From Alphaproteobacteria bacterium UBA6324 (GTDB lineage: Bacteria; Pseudomonadota; Alphaproteobacteria; CAAGCB01; CAG-977), in assembly GCA_002439085.1 (NCBI GenBank), contig DJSW01000029.1, positions 70,114-134,113 on the forward strand: a DNA stretch of 64,000 nt, written 5' to 3'. Of the stretch, positions 18,369 to 27,135 are shown one piece after another (the stretch's first letter is position 1; each line of letters starts with the position of its first letter). Below the pieces are notes generated by a model. It made no database searches and was not told where the DNA came from. It worked only from the letters and a program-made list of their open reading frames with translations. The position numbers and the translations under genes are program-made.

Positions 18369-20254
18369 CAGAACCACTCCCTTACCTGTTGAAACACCGT
18401 TTTTTCCCGTCCGGCCGTCCGGTAGCGGCCGCCCGCGCGTTTTTTACGCAAAGCGTCGTCCTTTTTGCCGTCGATCCACCAGCTCATCAGCTGGACGCCT
18501 TTCATCGGCAACGCGGCGGGTTTGCCGAATTTGTCCCAATACACCAAACGCGTGGACGGCACATACCAATGCGGCACGACGTAATATTCCCACAACAGCA
18601 CGCGATCCAACGCCCGAACGGCCGCGACCAGTTTTTTGCGGTCGGTCGCCTCGACAACCTTTTCGATCAAATCGTCAACGACGGGGTTTTCGATGCCGGC
18701 GTAGTTCTGCGATCCCGCCGCCGCGGCCGCTTTCGACCCCCAGAAATACCGCTGTTCGTTCCCCGGCGAAGTCGATTGCCCCCAGATGTTCACGATCATG
18801 TCGTAATCGAACGCGTCCGTCCGGTTTTTGTACTGCGTCGTATCGACGGCGCGCACGACCGCCCGAATCCCCAGCCGTTTCAGGATGCGCACATACGGCA
18901 GCGCGATGCGTTCCCATGCGGCCGCCGACGCCGAATCCAGCAGGATCTCGAACGCAAACGGCCGCCCCCGCGCGTCTTTCAAAACGCCGTCCTGTACCGT
19001 CCATCCGGCTTCTTCCAACAACTTGAACGCGCGCTCCAGCTGCGGGCGGATGTTGCCGTCGCCCGCCGTTTTCGGCAGGGAGAAAGGCTTTTTGAACACC
19101 TTTTCGGGCAGTTTGTCGCGATACGCGTTCAACAGCTTCAGCTCTTCGCCTTTCGGCAATCCCTTGGCCGCCAGCTCCGAATTGTCGAAATAGCTTTGCG
19201 TGCGTTTGTACAGCCCGTAAAACAGGTTTTTGTTCGACCATTCAAAATCGAACGCCAGCCCGACGGCTTCGCGCACGCGGCGGTCGGCGAACAACGGCCG
19301 GCGGGTGTTGAAAACGAATCCCTGCATTCCGGACGGCAGACCATGGGAAAACTCGCCCTTGACCAGTCCGTCCTTTTGCGAAAAACCGTCGTAGGCCGAC
19401 ACCCATTTTTTCGCTTCGTTTTCAACGCGCAGGTCGAACGCGCCCGTTTTGAACGCTTCGACGGCGACGGTCGCGTCGCGGTAATAGTCATAACGTATCC
19501 GGTCGAAATTGTTGAATCCCCTGACGGACGGCAGGTCTTTCGCCCAATAGTTGGGGTCGCGTTCATACACGACATAACGCCCCGTTTCAAACGCCGCGAC
19601 CTTGTACGCGCCGCCGCCCAACGGCGGTTCCAGCGTCGTCGCCGCGAAATCCCTGTTTTCCCAGTACGCTTTGGGCAGCACGGGCATCTGTCCCAAAATC
19701 AGCGGCAGTTCGCGGTTGTCGCCGGCTTTGAACGTGAACAGGACGCGGCGCGGGGATTCGGCCGTCGCCTTTTCAACATTGCCGTAGTAATAGCGGTACA
19801 TCGGCAACCCTTTGGCGCGCAGGATGTCAAAGGAAAAAACGACATCGTCCGCCGTCACGGGCGATCCGTCGGAAAACCGCGCCTTGCGGTTCAGGTTGAA
19901 CGCCACCCACGACCGGTCTTTGGGCATTTCGACCGTTTCGGCGACCAGCCCGTATTCGGAAAACGGTTCGTCGGCGGATTCCACCATCAGCGTGTCGAAC
20001 AGCAATCCCGTGCCGGCCGCGGGAACGCCTTTGATCGTAAAGGGGTTGAACGTGTCGAAACTGCCGAACGCCGCCATGGTCAGCGTGCCGCCCTTTGGCG
20101 CGTCGGGGTTGACGTAGTCGAAGTTTTTGAAATTCCACCCGTATTTCGGATAGCCGTGCATCGCCACGCCTCTGGCCGGCGTCGCCTGATATTGCTGCGC
20201 GGCGGCGGGCAGCGCGGCGAATAAAACAAACAAAATCGGCAACAGCTTTTTCAC
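18368..20254 (-). CDS. yejA: Periplasmic oligopeptide/microcin-C-type substrate-binding protein (YejA-like, SBP family 5)
   Basis: The GTG at 20254 has a GGAGG Shine-Dalgarno 9 nt upstream and gives the signal peptide VKKLLPILFVLFAALPAAAQQ. The Arg-rich N-terminal extension in the ORF track is rejected. The product is about 629 aa, the usual size for YejA. Confidence 0.75.
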   Translation of the reverse strand: MKKLLPILFVLFAALPAAAQQYQATPARGVAMHGYPKYGWNFKNFDYVNPDAPKGGTLTMAAFGSFDTFNPFTIKGVPAAGTGLLFDTLMVESADEPFSEYGLVAETVEMPKDRSWVAFNLNRKARFSDGSPVTADDVVFSFDILRAKGLPMYRYYYGNVEKATAESPRRVLFTFKAGDNRELPLILGQMPVLPKAYWENRDFAATTLEPPLGGGAYKVAAFETGRYVVYERDPNYWAKDLPSVRGFNNFDRIRYDYYRDATVAVEAFKTGAFDLRVENEAKKWVSAYDGFSQKDGLVKGEFSHGLPSGMQGFVFNTRRPLFADRRVREAVGLAFDFEWSNKNLFYGLYKRTQSYFDNSELAAKGLPKGEELKLLNAYRDKLPEKVFKKPFSLPKTAGDGNIRPQLERAFKLLEEAGWTVQDGVLKDARGRPFAFEILLDSASAAAWERIALPYVRILKRLGIRAVVRAVDTTQYKNRTDAFDYDMIVNIWGQSTSPGNEQRYFWGSKAAAAAGSQNYAGIENPVVDDLIEKVVEATDRKKLVAAVRALDRVLLWEYYVVPHWYVPSTRLVYWDKFGKPAALPMKGVQLMSWWIDGKKDDALRKKRAGGRYRTAGREKTVFQQVREWF

Positions 20255-21030
20255 GGGTTCAAAACCTCCGCCGCAGGACGGATCAAACACGCGTCCCCGA
20301 CCGCCAATATCCGGCCGTCGCCGTCGTTTTCCGGCGACAGCGGACGCCCCGTCCAATCGGTCATTTCGCCGCCCGCGCCGCGCACGACTGGCACCAACGC
20401 CGCGTAATCGTACAGCTTCAAATCGGCTTCGCACACGATGTCGCCGCACCCCGCGGCAACCAGCCCGTAACCGTAGCAATCCGTGCTGTAGCGCGCCGAT
20501 TTCACCCGATCGCGCAGGGCGTCGAACCGTTTTTTGTCGTCCGGCTTCGCGAACATCGTCTTGTCCGCCGTCGAAAACAAAACCGCCCGATCCAGCGACG
20601 CGCATTTCCGCGTTTGAACGGGCCGGCCGTTCAGCGTCGTTTGCCGTCCCGCGACGCCGACCCAGCGTTCCTTTGTAAACGGCTGGTTGATCACGCCCGC
20701 GACCGGAACGCCGCGGCACAGCAAAGCGACCAGCGTCCCGAACAACGGCACGCCCGCGATGAACGATTGCGTCCCGTCAATCGGATCCAACACCCAAACG
20801 TATTCCGATTCCGCGTTTTCCGCGCCGTATTCTTCGCCGACGACGCCGTCGCGGGGAAATTCCCGTTTGATCATTTCGCGCATTGCCCGTTCGGCGTTTT
20901 TGTCGGCGGCCGTCACGGGGGTCGAATCGGATTTGTCCGTCACTTCGACCGGTTGGCGGAAAGCGCGCATGATCACGTCCGCCGCCGCGTCGGCCAGCGC
21001 GCAGGCGAAATCGGCGCGATCCTCATACAT
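20251..21030 (-). CDS. Inositol monophosphatase family protein (SuhB/HisN-like)
   Basis: Motifs WVLDPIDGT and a conserved DxxxxG...D metal site are present. The stop overlaps the yejA GTG (GTGA). Confidence 0.75.
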   Translation of the reverse strand: MYEDRADFACALADAAADVIMRAFRQPVEVTDKSDSTPVTAADKNAERAMREMIKREFPRDGVVGEEYGAENAESEYVWVLDPIDGTQSFIAGVPLFGTLVALLCRGVPVAGVINQPFTKERWVGVAGRQTTLNGRPVQTRKCASLDRAVLFSTADKTMFAKPDDKKRFDALRDRVKSARYSTDCYGYGLVAAGCGDIVCEADLKLYDYAALVPVVRGAGGEMTDWTGRPLSPENDGDGRILAVGDACLIRPAAEVLNP

Positions 21031-21784
21031 ACTTTTTCATCCATTTCAGCCCGTCGGCCGTTTTCAGCCGCGGCGTGTAGGAACACCCGACGTGCCCCCG
21101 ATACCCCTGCGTTTCCAGCGACGACAGGATGTAATCGTAATTCACTTCGCCCGCGTCGGGTTCCGCGCCGGACGGAACGCCCGCGATGCGGACGTGGCCG
21201 ATCAGGGAAATCAGGGAATCGATCGTGTTGCCCAATCCGCCCTCGGTCATTTGGGATTGATAAACGTCAAACAGATAGGCGAACGCCTTGTCGTCGTTCA
21301 GTTCGTCCATCAGTTCCAAAACCTCCAGCGTCGAAGCCGGATAGAAATCCGGATTTTCCGTCGGATTTTTAAATCCCAGCAAAATCCTCACCCCCGCCTG
21401 ACGCGCGCGGGGCGCGGCGGCGTGCAGTGCTGAAACGAAAGCGTCGCGGGCGGCGTCGAACCGGTCTTCGTCCAGCGGGCGGCCGGCGATGTGGATTTGT
21501 TTGCATTCCAGAAAATCCGCCTTGTCCAGCAAAGCGTCGAACGCGTCCAAAAACGCGCGTTTCGATTTCGCGTCAAACGCCAAAGCCGATTGCTCCGCCG
21601 GCATGGTCAAAACGGACAGCTTCAGCCCATTGTAGGCGGCCGCGTCCCCCAATTCGCCCAATCCGACGCCGTCGGGCATCGTAAATTCAACCGATGAAAA
21701 CCCCGCGTCGCGCGCGGCCTTGCACCGCTGCAAAAACGGGATTTCCGTAAACAAACGATCTATATCCGCGCAAAAAGAAACCAT
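21023..21784 (-). CDS. hyi: Hydroxypyruvate isomerase-like TIM-barrel enzyme (xylose-isomerase-like fold)
   Basis: The length and several blocks match what I remember of E. coli Hyi: FSSVEF, GEVNYDY, GHVGCSYTP and the LKWM C-terminus. Confidence 0.75.
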   Translation of the reverse strand: MVSFCADIDRLFTEIPFLQRCKAARDAGFSSVEFTMPDGVGLGELGDAAAYNGLKLSVLTMPAEQSALAFDAKSKRAFLDAFDALLDKADFLECKQIHIAGRPLDEDRFDAARDAFVSALHAAAPRARQAGVRILLGFKNPTENPDFYPASTLEVLELMDELNDDKAFAYLFDVYQSQMTEGGLGNTIDSLISLIGHVRIAGVPSGAEPDAGEVNYDYILSSLETQGYRGHVGCSYTPRLKTADGLKWMKKYV

Positions 21785-21785
21785 T

Positions 21786-22766
21786 TCACCCCACCATTTC
21801 CTTGATTTTCGCGGCCACGTCCGCCGCCGCGTTCAGTCGTTTTCTCCCGCCGTTTGAAACGGGAACGGGATTTTCCGTCAATTCGACGGCGTATCCGTTT
21901 TGGTACAGTTCCCGATGCAGCAGGGCGTGTTTCTTCCCGACCGTCCCCGCGGGCGCGTAAATGTAAACCGGCGCGCCGGCCGCGCAGGCTTCGGAACACA
22001 TGGAAACGGAATCGCCCGTCACGATGATGTGATCCGCCAGCGCCAGAAAACCGAAGTACGGGTTCTCAATCTCTTTGTTGCCCCACCCGTAAAAGAATTT
22101 CGGATCGGGCAAAGCGTCGCGAATGATCTTTTCCTGCTCCGTCCCCGTGCGGCGCGATGTCGTGACCAGAAACGACCCGCCGCCCAACGCCCGCGACAGG
22201 GCGGCCGCGCGCGCGGCCAGATCGCGCGCCATTTCCGGCGTGAACGGTTTGTTCTTTGTCGCGCCGCCGACGATCAAAGCGATACGCGGTTCGGGCAGAT
22301 CGGCGAAAACCTTTTCCCATTTTTCGCGTTCGGCGGCCAGCCGTTGCGGCGTGATGCGGTGCGGCGCGCCCGTCGTGCGTAAAATGTTCGGACGCGCGGC
22401 CTTGCACCCGTCGTGGTTGGGCAGGACGACCAGATCGAAATCGCTTAACCCGATCAATCCGGGGAACATGATCTGAACGATTTTCGTTTTCCCGCCCGAA
22501 AGCTTTTTGATATGGCGCAACAAAGGCGCGGCGCGCCGTCCCGCGGCGATCGCCACGTCGGGAAACGGCGGTTTGATCCCGTCAACCGTTTCGCGCGTCA
22601 CCCCTACGGTTGACGATCCGCGCAAAGCGTTCGGCAGCAAAACGGCCTTGGTGTATCGAACTGTTTTAACGGTCGGCGTCGCGCCCATGGCTTCGGCCGT
22701 TCCCATGGCCTGCGCGGTGTTTCCGGCTCTGTCGTCGGCCAGCACCCATACTGTTTTATCCGTCAC
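21786..22766 (-). CDS. ELM1/DUF1022-family protein (predicted nucleotide-sugar-dependent glycosyltransferase-like)
   Basis: The N-terminus VWVLADDRAGNTAQAMGTAEAMG matches the conserved start of bacterial ELM1-like proteins. The length is about 326 aa. Confidence 0.55.
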   Translation of the reverse strand: MTDKTVWVLADDRAGNTAQAMGTAEAMGATPTVKTVRYTKAVLLPNALRGSSTVGVTRETVDGIKPPFPDVAIAAGRRAAPLLRHIKKLSGGKTKIVQIMFPGLIGLSDFDLVVLPNHDGCKAARPNILRTTGAPHRITPQRLAAEREKWEKVFADLPEPRIALIVGGATKNKPFTPEMARDLAARAAALSRALGGGSFLVTTSRRTGTEQEKIIRDALPDPKFFYGWGNKEIENPYFGFLALADHIIVTGDSVSMCSEACAAGAPVYIYAPAGTVGKKHALLHRELYQNGYAVELTENPVPVSNGGRKRLNAAADVAAKIKEMVG

Positions 22767-22783
22767 GGCATCCTTCTTTTGTT

Positions 22784-22805
22784 AATGAATTTCAAATGAA
22801 TTTCA
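22784..22805. repeat. Perfect 11-bp tandem duplication (AATGAATTTCA x2) in the divergent promoter region
   Basis: Seen directly. It lies between the divergently transcribed ELM1-like gene and the GH114-like gene. Confidence 0.7.
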
Positions 22806-22855
22806 CATAGAATAACTAAAATTCTGACAAAAAAACATCAAGAAAGTTTCCTTTC

Positions 22856-23968
22856 ATGGTCAAAAGAGCATATTTTTGCGTCCTGTGGTGCTTTTTGACG
22901 CTGGCCGCGCCGGCGGCGGCGCAGGTTCCGGCGCAAATCCCCGACGATTTCGACCCGCTGGAGGAACGGTTGAAAATCGAAGGCGCGTACATTCCGAATT
23001 ATCGCGAAATGATGCGCGATGTCGTCGTCGCTTTGGGGCAGTACGCGCGCGCGACGCGTCCGGAATTCAAGGTTTTTCTGGACGGCGGGCTGGAATTGAT
23101 GACGCGCGGCGAATGGGAAAACGATCTGGACGACCTGCACCGCGCCGAAATGGCGGGGGCGAAAACAGACGACGAACGTTTTTTGCTCAAACTGTTTTCC
23201 CCCGAACATCCCGTCGCGGCGGGAACGCCCGTGCGCCGATACATTTCCGCCGTTGACGGCGTGCTGCTGACCAATGGCGTTTGCGGCAAGGCAAAGGACA
23301 AACCGTCCGCCCGCGTTGAAAAAATCATCGCCGATTACGGCCTGTCCGTCATCGCGGCCGAACATTGCGCGACGGAAAAGGAACGCGCCGCCGCCGTCGC
23401 CGTTTTGGCCAAGAAAAAAATCCCCGTCCACGCGGACACGGACAAAACGGCCGCGTTCGACCGGATTCCGGCACGAACCGCCCTGTTTTTGGAAAATCCG
23501 GACAACGTCGATTCCGTGGCCAAAGTCCGCAATATGCTGATCATGACGAACACGCGCCGCTATTCCGACAAGGATTTGTGGGTCAAGGCGCTGGGCGCGA
23601 CCAATTACGATTTGCTGGTCATCGAACCGTTTTTCAAATCGAACATCCCTCTGACAAAGGACGAGGTCAAGGAAATCCAATCCAAAAAGCTGGGGGCGCG
23701 GCGGCTGGTTTTCGCCGTTTTGAACATCGCCGTGGCCGAAGACACGCGCCTGTATTGGGAACAGGGGTGGAAAACCGGCGATCCCGCGTGGCTGCGGTTC
23801 CCGTCGAAAACGAACCCCGCCGGCGTCATCGTCGATTATTGGAACCCCGCGTGGAAACGCATCGTCGGCATTTATTTCAAAAGCATTATGGAACTGGGAT
23901 TCGACGGCATCGTTTTGCAAGGCGTTGATGAACACAAAACGTTCGAGCGCATCATCCCGATCGACTAG
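22856..23968 (+). CDS. Secreted TIM-barrel glycoside hydrolase, GH114-like (endo-alpha-1,4-polygalactosaminidase/PelA-hydrolase-like), tentative
   Basis: Signal peptide (CFLTLAAPAAAQ). The C-terminal blocks WNPAWK and GFDGIVLQGVDE are reminiscent of GH114/TM1410-type hydrolases. The family call is tentative. Confidence 0.45.
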   Translation: MVKRAYFCVLWCFLTLAAPAAAQVPAQIPDDFDPLEERLKIEGAYIPNYREMMRDVVVALGQYARATRPEFKVFLDGGLELMTRGEWENDLDDLHRAEMAGAKTDDERFLLKLFSPEHPVAAGTPVRRYISAVDGVLLTNGVCGKAKDKPSARVEKIIADYGLSVIAAEHCATEKERAAAVAVLAKKKIPVHADTDKTAAFDRIPARTALFLENPDNVDSVAKVRNMLIMTNTRRYSDKDLWVKALGATNYDLLVIEPFFKSNIPLTKDEVKEIQSKKLGARRLVFAVLNIAVAEDTRLYWEQGWKTGDPAWLRFPSKTNPAGVIVDYWNPAWKRIVGIYFKSIMELGFDGIVLQGVDEHKTFERIIPID

Positions 23969-25353
23969 AACCTGAAATAAATGAACGGGTTGAACGTCCC
24001 CGCGCCGATCACCGTCACCGACAGCAAAAACAACGCCAAAGCGACCGCGCGCGCCAACACCGGATGTTTGTTTTGCGCGGTGAAAAAGTCTTTGGCGACC
24101 GGCGCGGACAAAACGGCCGCGAAGGCAAAGGCCAACGCCTCTTCGCCGTCAACGTAGTAAACGAAATCCAGCGCGGCGTATTCGTCGGGGATCAGCCCCA
24201 GCATTTTTTTGAAATAATCGACCGCGGCGGGCAGGCTTTCCGCCCGAAACAGCACCCACCCCGCCAAAACGGCGGCCAGCGTGTAAACCCGCATGAAAAA
24301 GTCGCGCGCCCGTCCCCGTTTCGCCGTGTCCAAACCGGCCAGCTTTTCGCAAACGATCAACGCGCCGTGGAACGCGCCCCACAAAACGAACGTCCACCCC
24401 GCGCCGTGCCACAATCCGGTCATCAAAAACACGAACATCAGGTTGAACGCCGTGCGCGGTTTTGACACGCGGTTGCCGCCCAAGGGAATGTAGAGGTATT
24501 CCTTGAACCACGTTGACAGGCTGATGTGCCAGCGGCGCCAGAATTCCGTGATCGACCGCGACACATAGGGGTGGTCGAAGTTTTCGGGGATTTTGAACCC
24601 GAACATCCGGCACAGCCCGATCGCCATGTCGGAATACCCGCTGAAATCGTAATAGATTTGGAACATATAGGCGATCGCGCCCGCCCACGCGACCGGCGTC
24701 GAAACATAGCGCAAATCGCCGCCGAACACTTCGTCCGCCAGCATCCCCAGCGTGTCCGCGATCAGCATTTTCTTCGCCAGCCCGCCGATAAAGCGCAGCG
24801 CGCCGTAATACACGTCGTCGATATCCTCGGCACGGTCGTCGATCTGGCCGGCGATGTCGTGGTATTTCACGATCGGCCCCGCGATCAGCTGGGGAAACAG
24901 CATGATGTACAGCGCCAGACGGTACGCGTCCTTTTGCGCCGCGACCTGACCGCGGTAAACGTCGATCACATAGGACAGCGCCTGAAACGTGTAAAAGGAT
25001 ATCCCGACCGGCAAAACGATGTAAACCGGACCCAACCGCGCGCCGAACACGGCGTTGACGTTTTCCACAACGAAATTGAAGTATTTGAAATACCCCAGCG
25101 TCCCCAGATTCGCGGCGACGGTCAAAAACAGAACCGTCTTTTTAAACCGCGTCGATTCGATCAGCCGCGCGCCGGCGTAGTTGACGAACACGGACGCGAT
25201 CATCAAAAAAACGTACCACGGTTCGCCGAACGCGTAGAACAGAAAGCTGGCGACCAGCAGAACGTCGTTTTTGAACCGCTTCGGCGCCAAAAAGTAAACG
25301 GCGGCGACCGCGGGCAAAAAGATGAACAAAAACGTCATGGATGAAAACAGCAT
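23965..25353 (-). CDS. MBOAT family membrane O-acyltransferase (AlgI/DltB/PatA-like)
   Basis: Polytopic protein with the characteristic MBOAT His region (WRRWHISLSTWFKEYLYIPLGGNR). The length is 462 aa. Confidence 0.8.
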   Translation of the reverse strand: MLFSSMTFLFIFLPAVAAVYFLAPKRFKNDVLLVASFLFYAFGEPWYVFLMIASVFVNYAGARLIESTRFKKTVLFLTVAANLGTLGYFKYFNFVVENVNAVFGARLGPVYIVLPVGISFYTFQALSYVIDVYRGQVAAQKDAYRLALYIMLFPQLIAGPIVKYHDIAGQIDDRAEDIDDVYYGALRFIGGLAKKMLIADTLGMLADEVFGGDLRYVSTPVAWAGAIAYMFQIYYDFSGYSDMAIGLCRMFGFKIPENFDHPYVSRSITEFWRRWHISLSTWFKEYLYIPLGGNRVSKPRTAFNLMFVFLMTGLWHGAGWTFVLWGAFHGALIVCEKLAGLDTAKRGRARDFFMRVYTLAAVLAGWVLFRAESLPAAVDYFKKMLGLIPDEYAALDFVYYVDGEEALAFAFAAVLSAPVAKDFFTAQNKHPVLARAVALALFLLSVTVIGAGTFNPFIYFRF

Positions 25354-25357
25354 TTTT

Positions 25358-27108
25358 TCAATCCTTAAAAAAGACTTTCAATTCGTCAAAAGCGGTTGAT
25401 TGAATCATCAAAACCAGCACATCGGGCTTGGCGGACAAAACTTTGTTTTTCGTCATCGTTTCCGTTTTTCCGGTTTCCTTGACCGCCGATGCAAAACTGT
25501 ACGACAAAATCGGTGCCATCTGGTTGACATGCGACGTTCCCAACAAATACAAACGGTGCTTGCCGTCGCGGTTTTTATAATAGACGAAATCGGGATACGA
25601 TTTGGTGATTTCGACCCTGTCCGGCCGTTTGTATTCGTAAAACGGGTACGGCGCGGACAGACGCTGACATTCGTCGTCATCCATGACCATCAACGCGACG
25701 CACGACCGCGTCATCCGTTTCCACCCGTCGCCGCCCGCATTGCGGATGTCGGGACGCAAAACAACGTTGAAATCATTTTCGGTCAAAACTGGAATGTCAG
25801 GAAAATCGCGCCTGATCCGTTCCATCAACAGCCGGTAGGTGAAAAAAGTCCCGTATTCGGTATAGTGGTGGTCGTTTTTATACGCGACGGGATATTTCGC
25901 GTTTGCCGCCGCTTCGATCAATTCCCGCTTCGGATAAACGAAATCGACGCCCGTCCTTTGCCCCAGCCGTTTCAGCCAATCGTCAAACGCGGCCGTGTCC
26001 CGCGGCGTGCCACGTCCCAGTTTGTCGAACAAAACGTCTTCCTTGACGGGCAGGATGACGACATACATTTTGATGCCGTTCCGCTTCGCCCATTTGCGCA
26101 GATTGATGAATTTTCCGACAAACCATGAAAAGCGTCTATTTAAAAAGCCGAGGTATTCCGGATCGTTCGCTTTCAAATCGGGCTGGCGGAAAATATAGCC
26201 GTCCCGCCCGATAAAGGCCTTGGACGTTTTTAACCGAAAACGCAGCAGTTTTTGCACCGCGTGGCGCGCCTGCAACGTTTGCAGCCGGCCGAAAAAACGG
26301 TCGTTGAACCAGAATTCAAAATATTTGCCGAACGACGGTTTGACTGCGCCCTGACCGTATCGGCCGCTCAGTAGCAGTTCCGGCCAAGCGACCAGCCGCC
26401 TGTTTTCCAGCTTTGATTCCACGCGCCGGTCGATATGCGAAGCGGGCACGCACAACATTGCGAACAATGTGATTAAAAACAGCAGCTCGCCCGTTTTTCC
26501 GCGTTGCGCCAACCGTCCGGCGAACGGCCCAAAAGCCCCGCCGAACCGCCATCCGGCCATCGCGCCGACCGCCGCGATTGTCAAAAGCACCCACCAGCAA
26601 ATGTCCGAACCGGCGGGCAAATGTCGGCGGTGTTCAAATTCTATCACCGACCTGTCCCCTTTTTTCATCGAAAACCGGTATTTCAGCGGATCGATATAGC
26701 TGGCCGCCTGCTTTTCCTCAAACTCTCTTTCGCCATCCAGATAAAAATTCCTGAAATCGACGTTCAGACGCCGCCCTTTCTTTTTCGGACCGGAAAAAAT
26801 GACCGTCGGCGAAACTTTTCTGTCCGTTTCGACGACGATCCGCGCTTTGGAGTAAGTCAGGTTCGTTTTCAATGCGAAACGGAAACAATCGTTTCCGTCA
26901 ACAACACGGTAGGGCGGATTTTTTTTGAATGCCGCCCCTTTGACGGACAGCACTTTGACACTGTGCATCCGTTTTTTCGGCACACAGAACAGGAAATCGC
27001 CGTTCCGGTCGGTCAGCGATTCGGCGGCGTTGTTCATCAAATACAGCCGCCGGCCGCAGACGATCGCGGCGAAAGCGAAAAATATCGCAAAGAACACGCG
27101 GCTTTTCA
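25358..27108 (-). CDS. DHHW-family / AlgJ-AlgX-like SGNH-type O-acetyltransferase partner protein with an N-terminal membrane-anchored domain
   Basis: The ATG at 27108 has a GGAGGAGGGGGA Shine-Dalgarno. A signal/TM segment is followed by the conserved DHH-aromatic motif (NDHHYTEYG) in an AlgJ-like C-terminal domain. The gene is adjacent to and co-directional with the MBOAT gene. Confidence 0.6.
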
Positions 27109-27135
27109 TTCCCCCTCCTCCGGCGCAAAAGCGCG

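Noticed and set aside
18368-20719. 783-aa version of yejA with a 154-aa Arg/Gly-rich N-terminal extension
   Set aside because: The extension is low-complexity, overlaps the IMPase and hyi genes, and precedes a perfect GGAGG-N9-GTG start that yields a canonical signal peptide. The true start is 20254.
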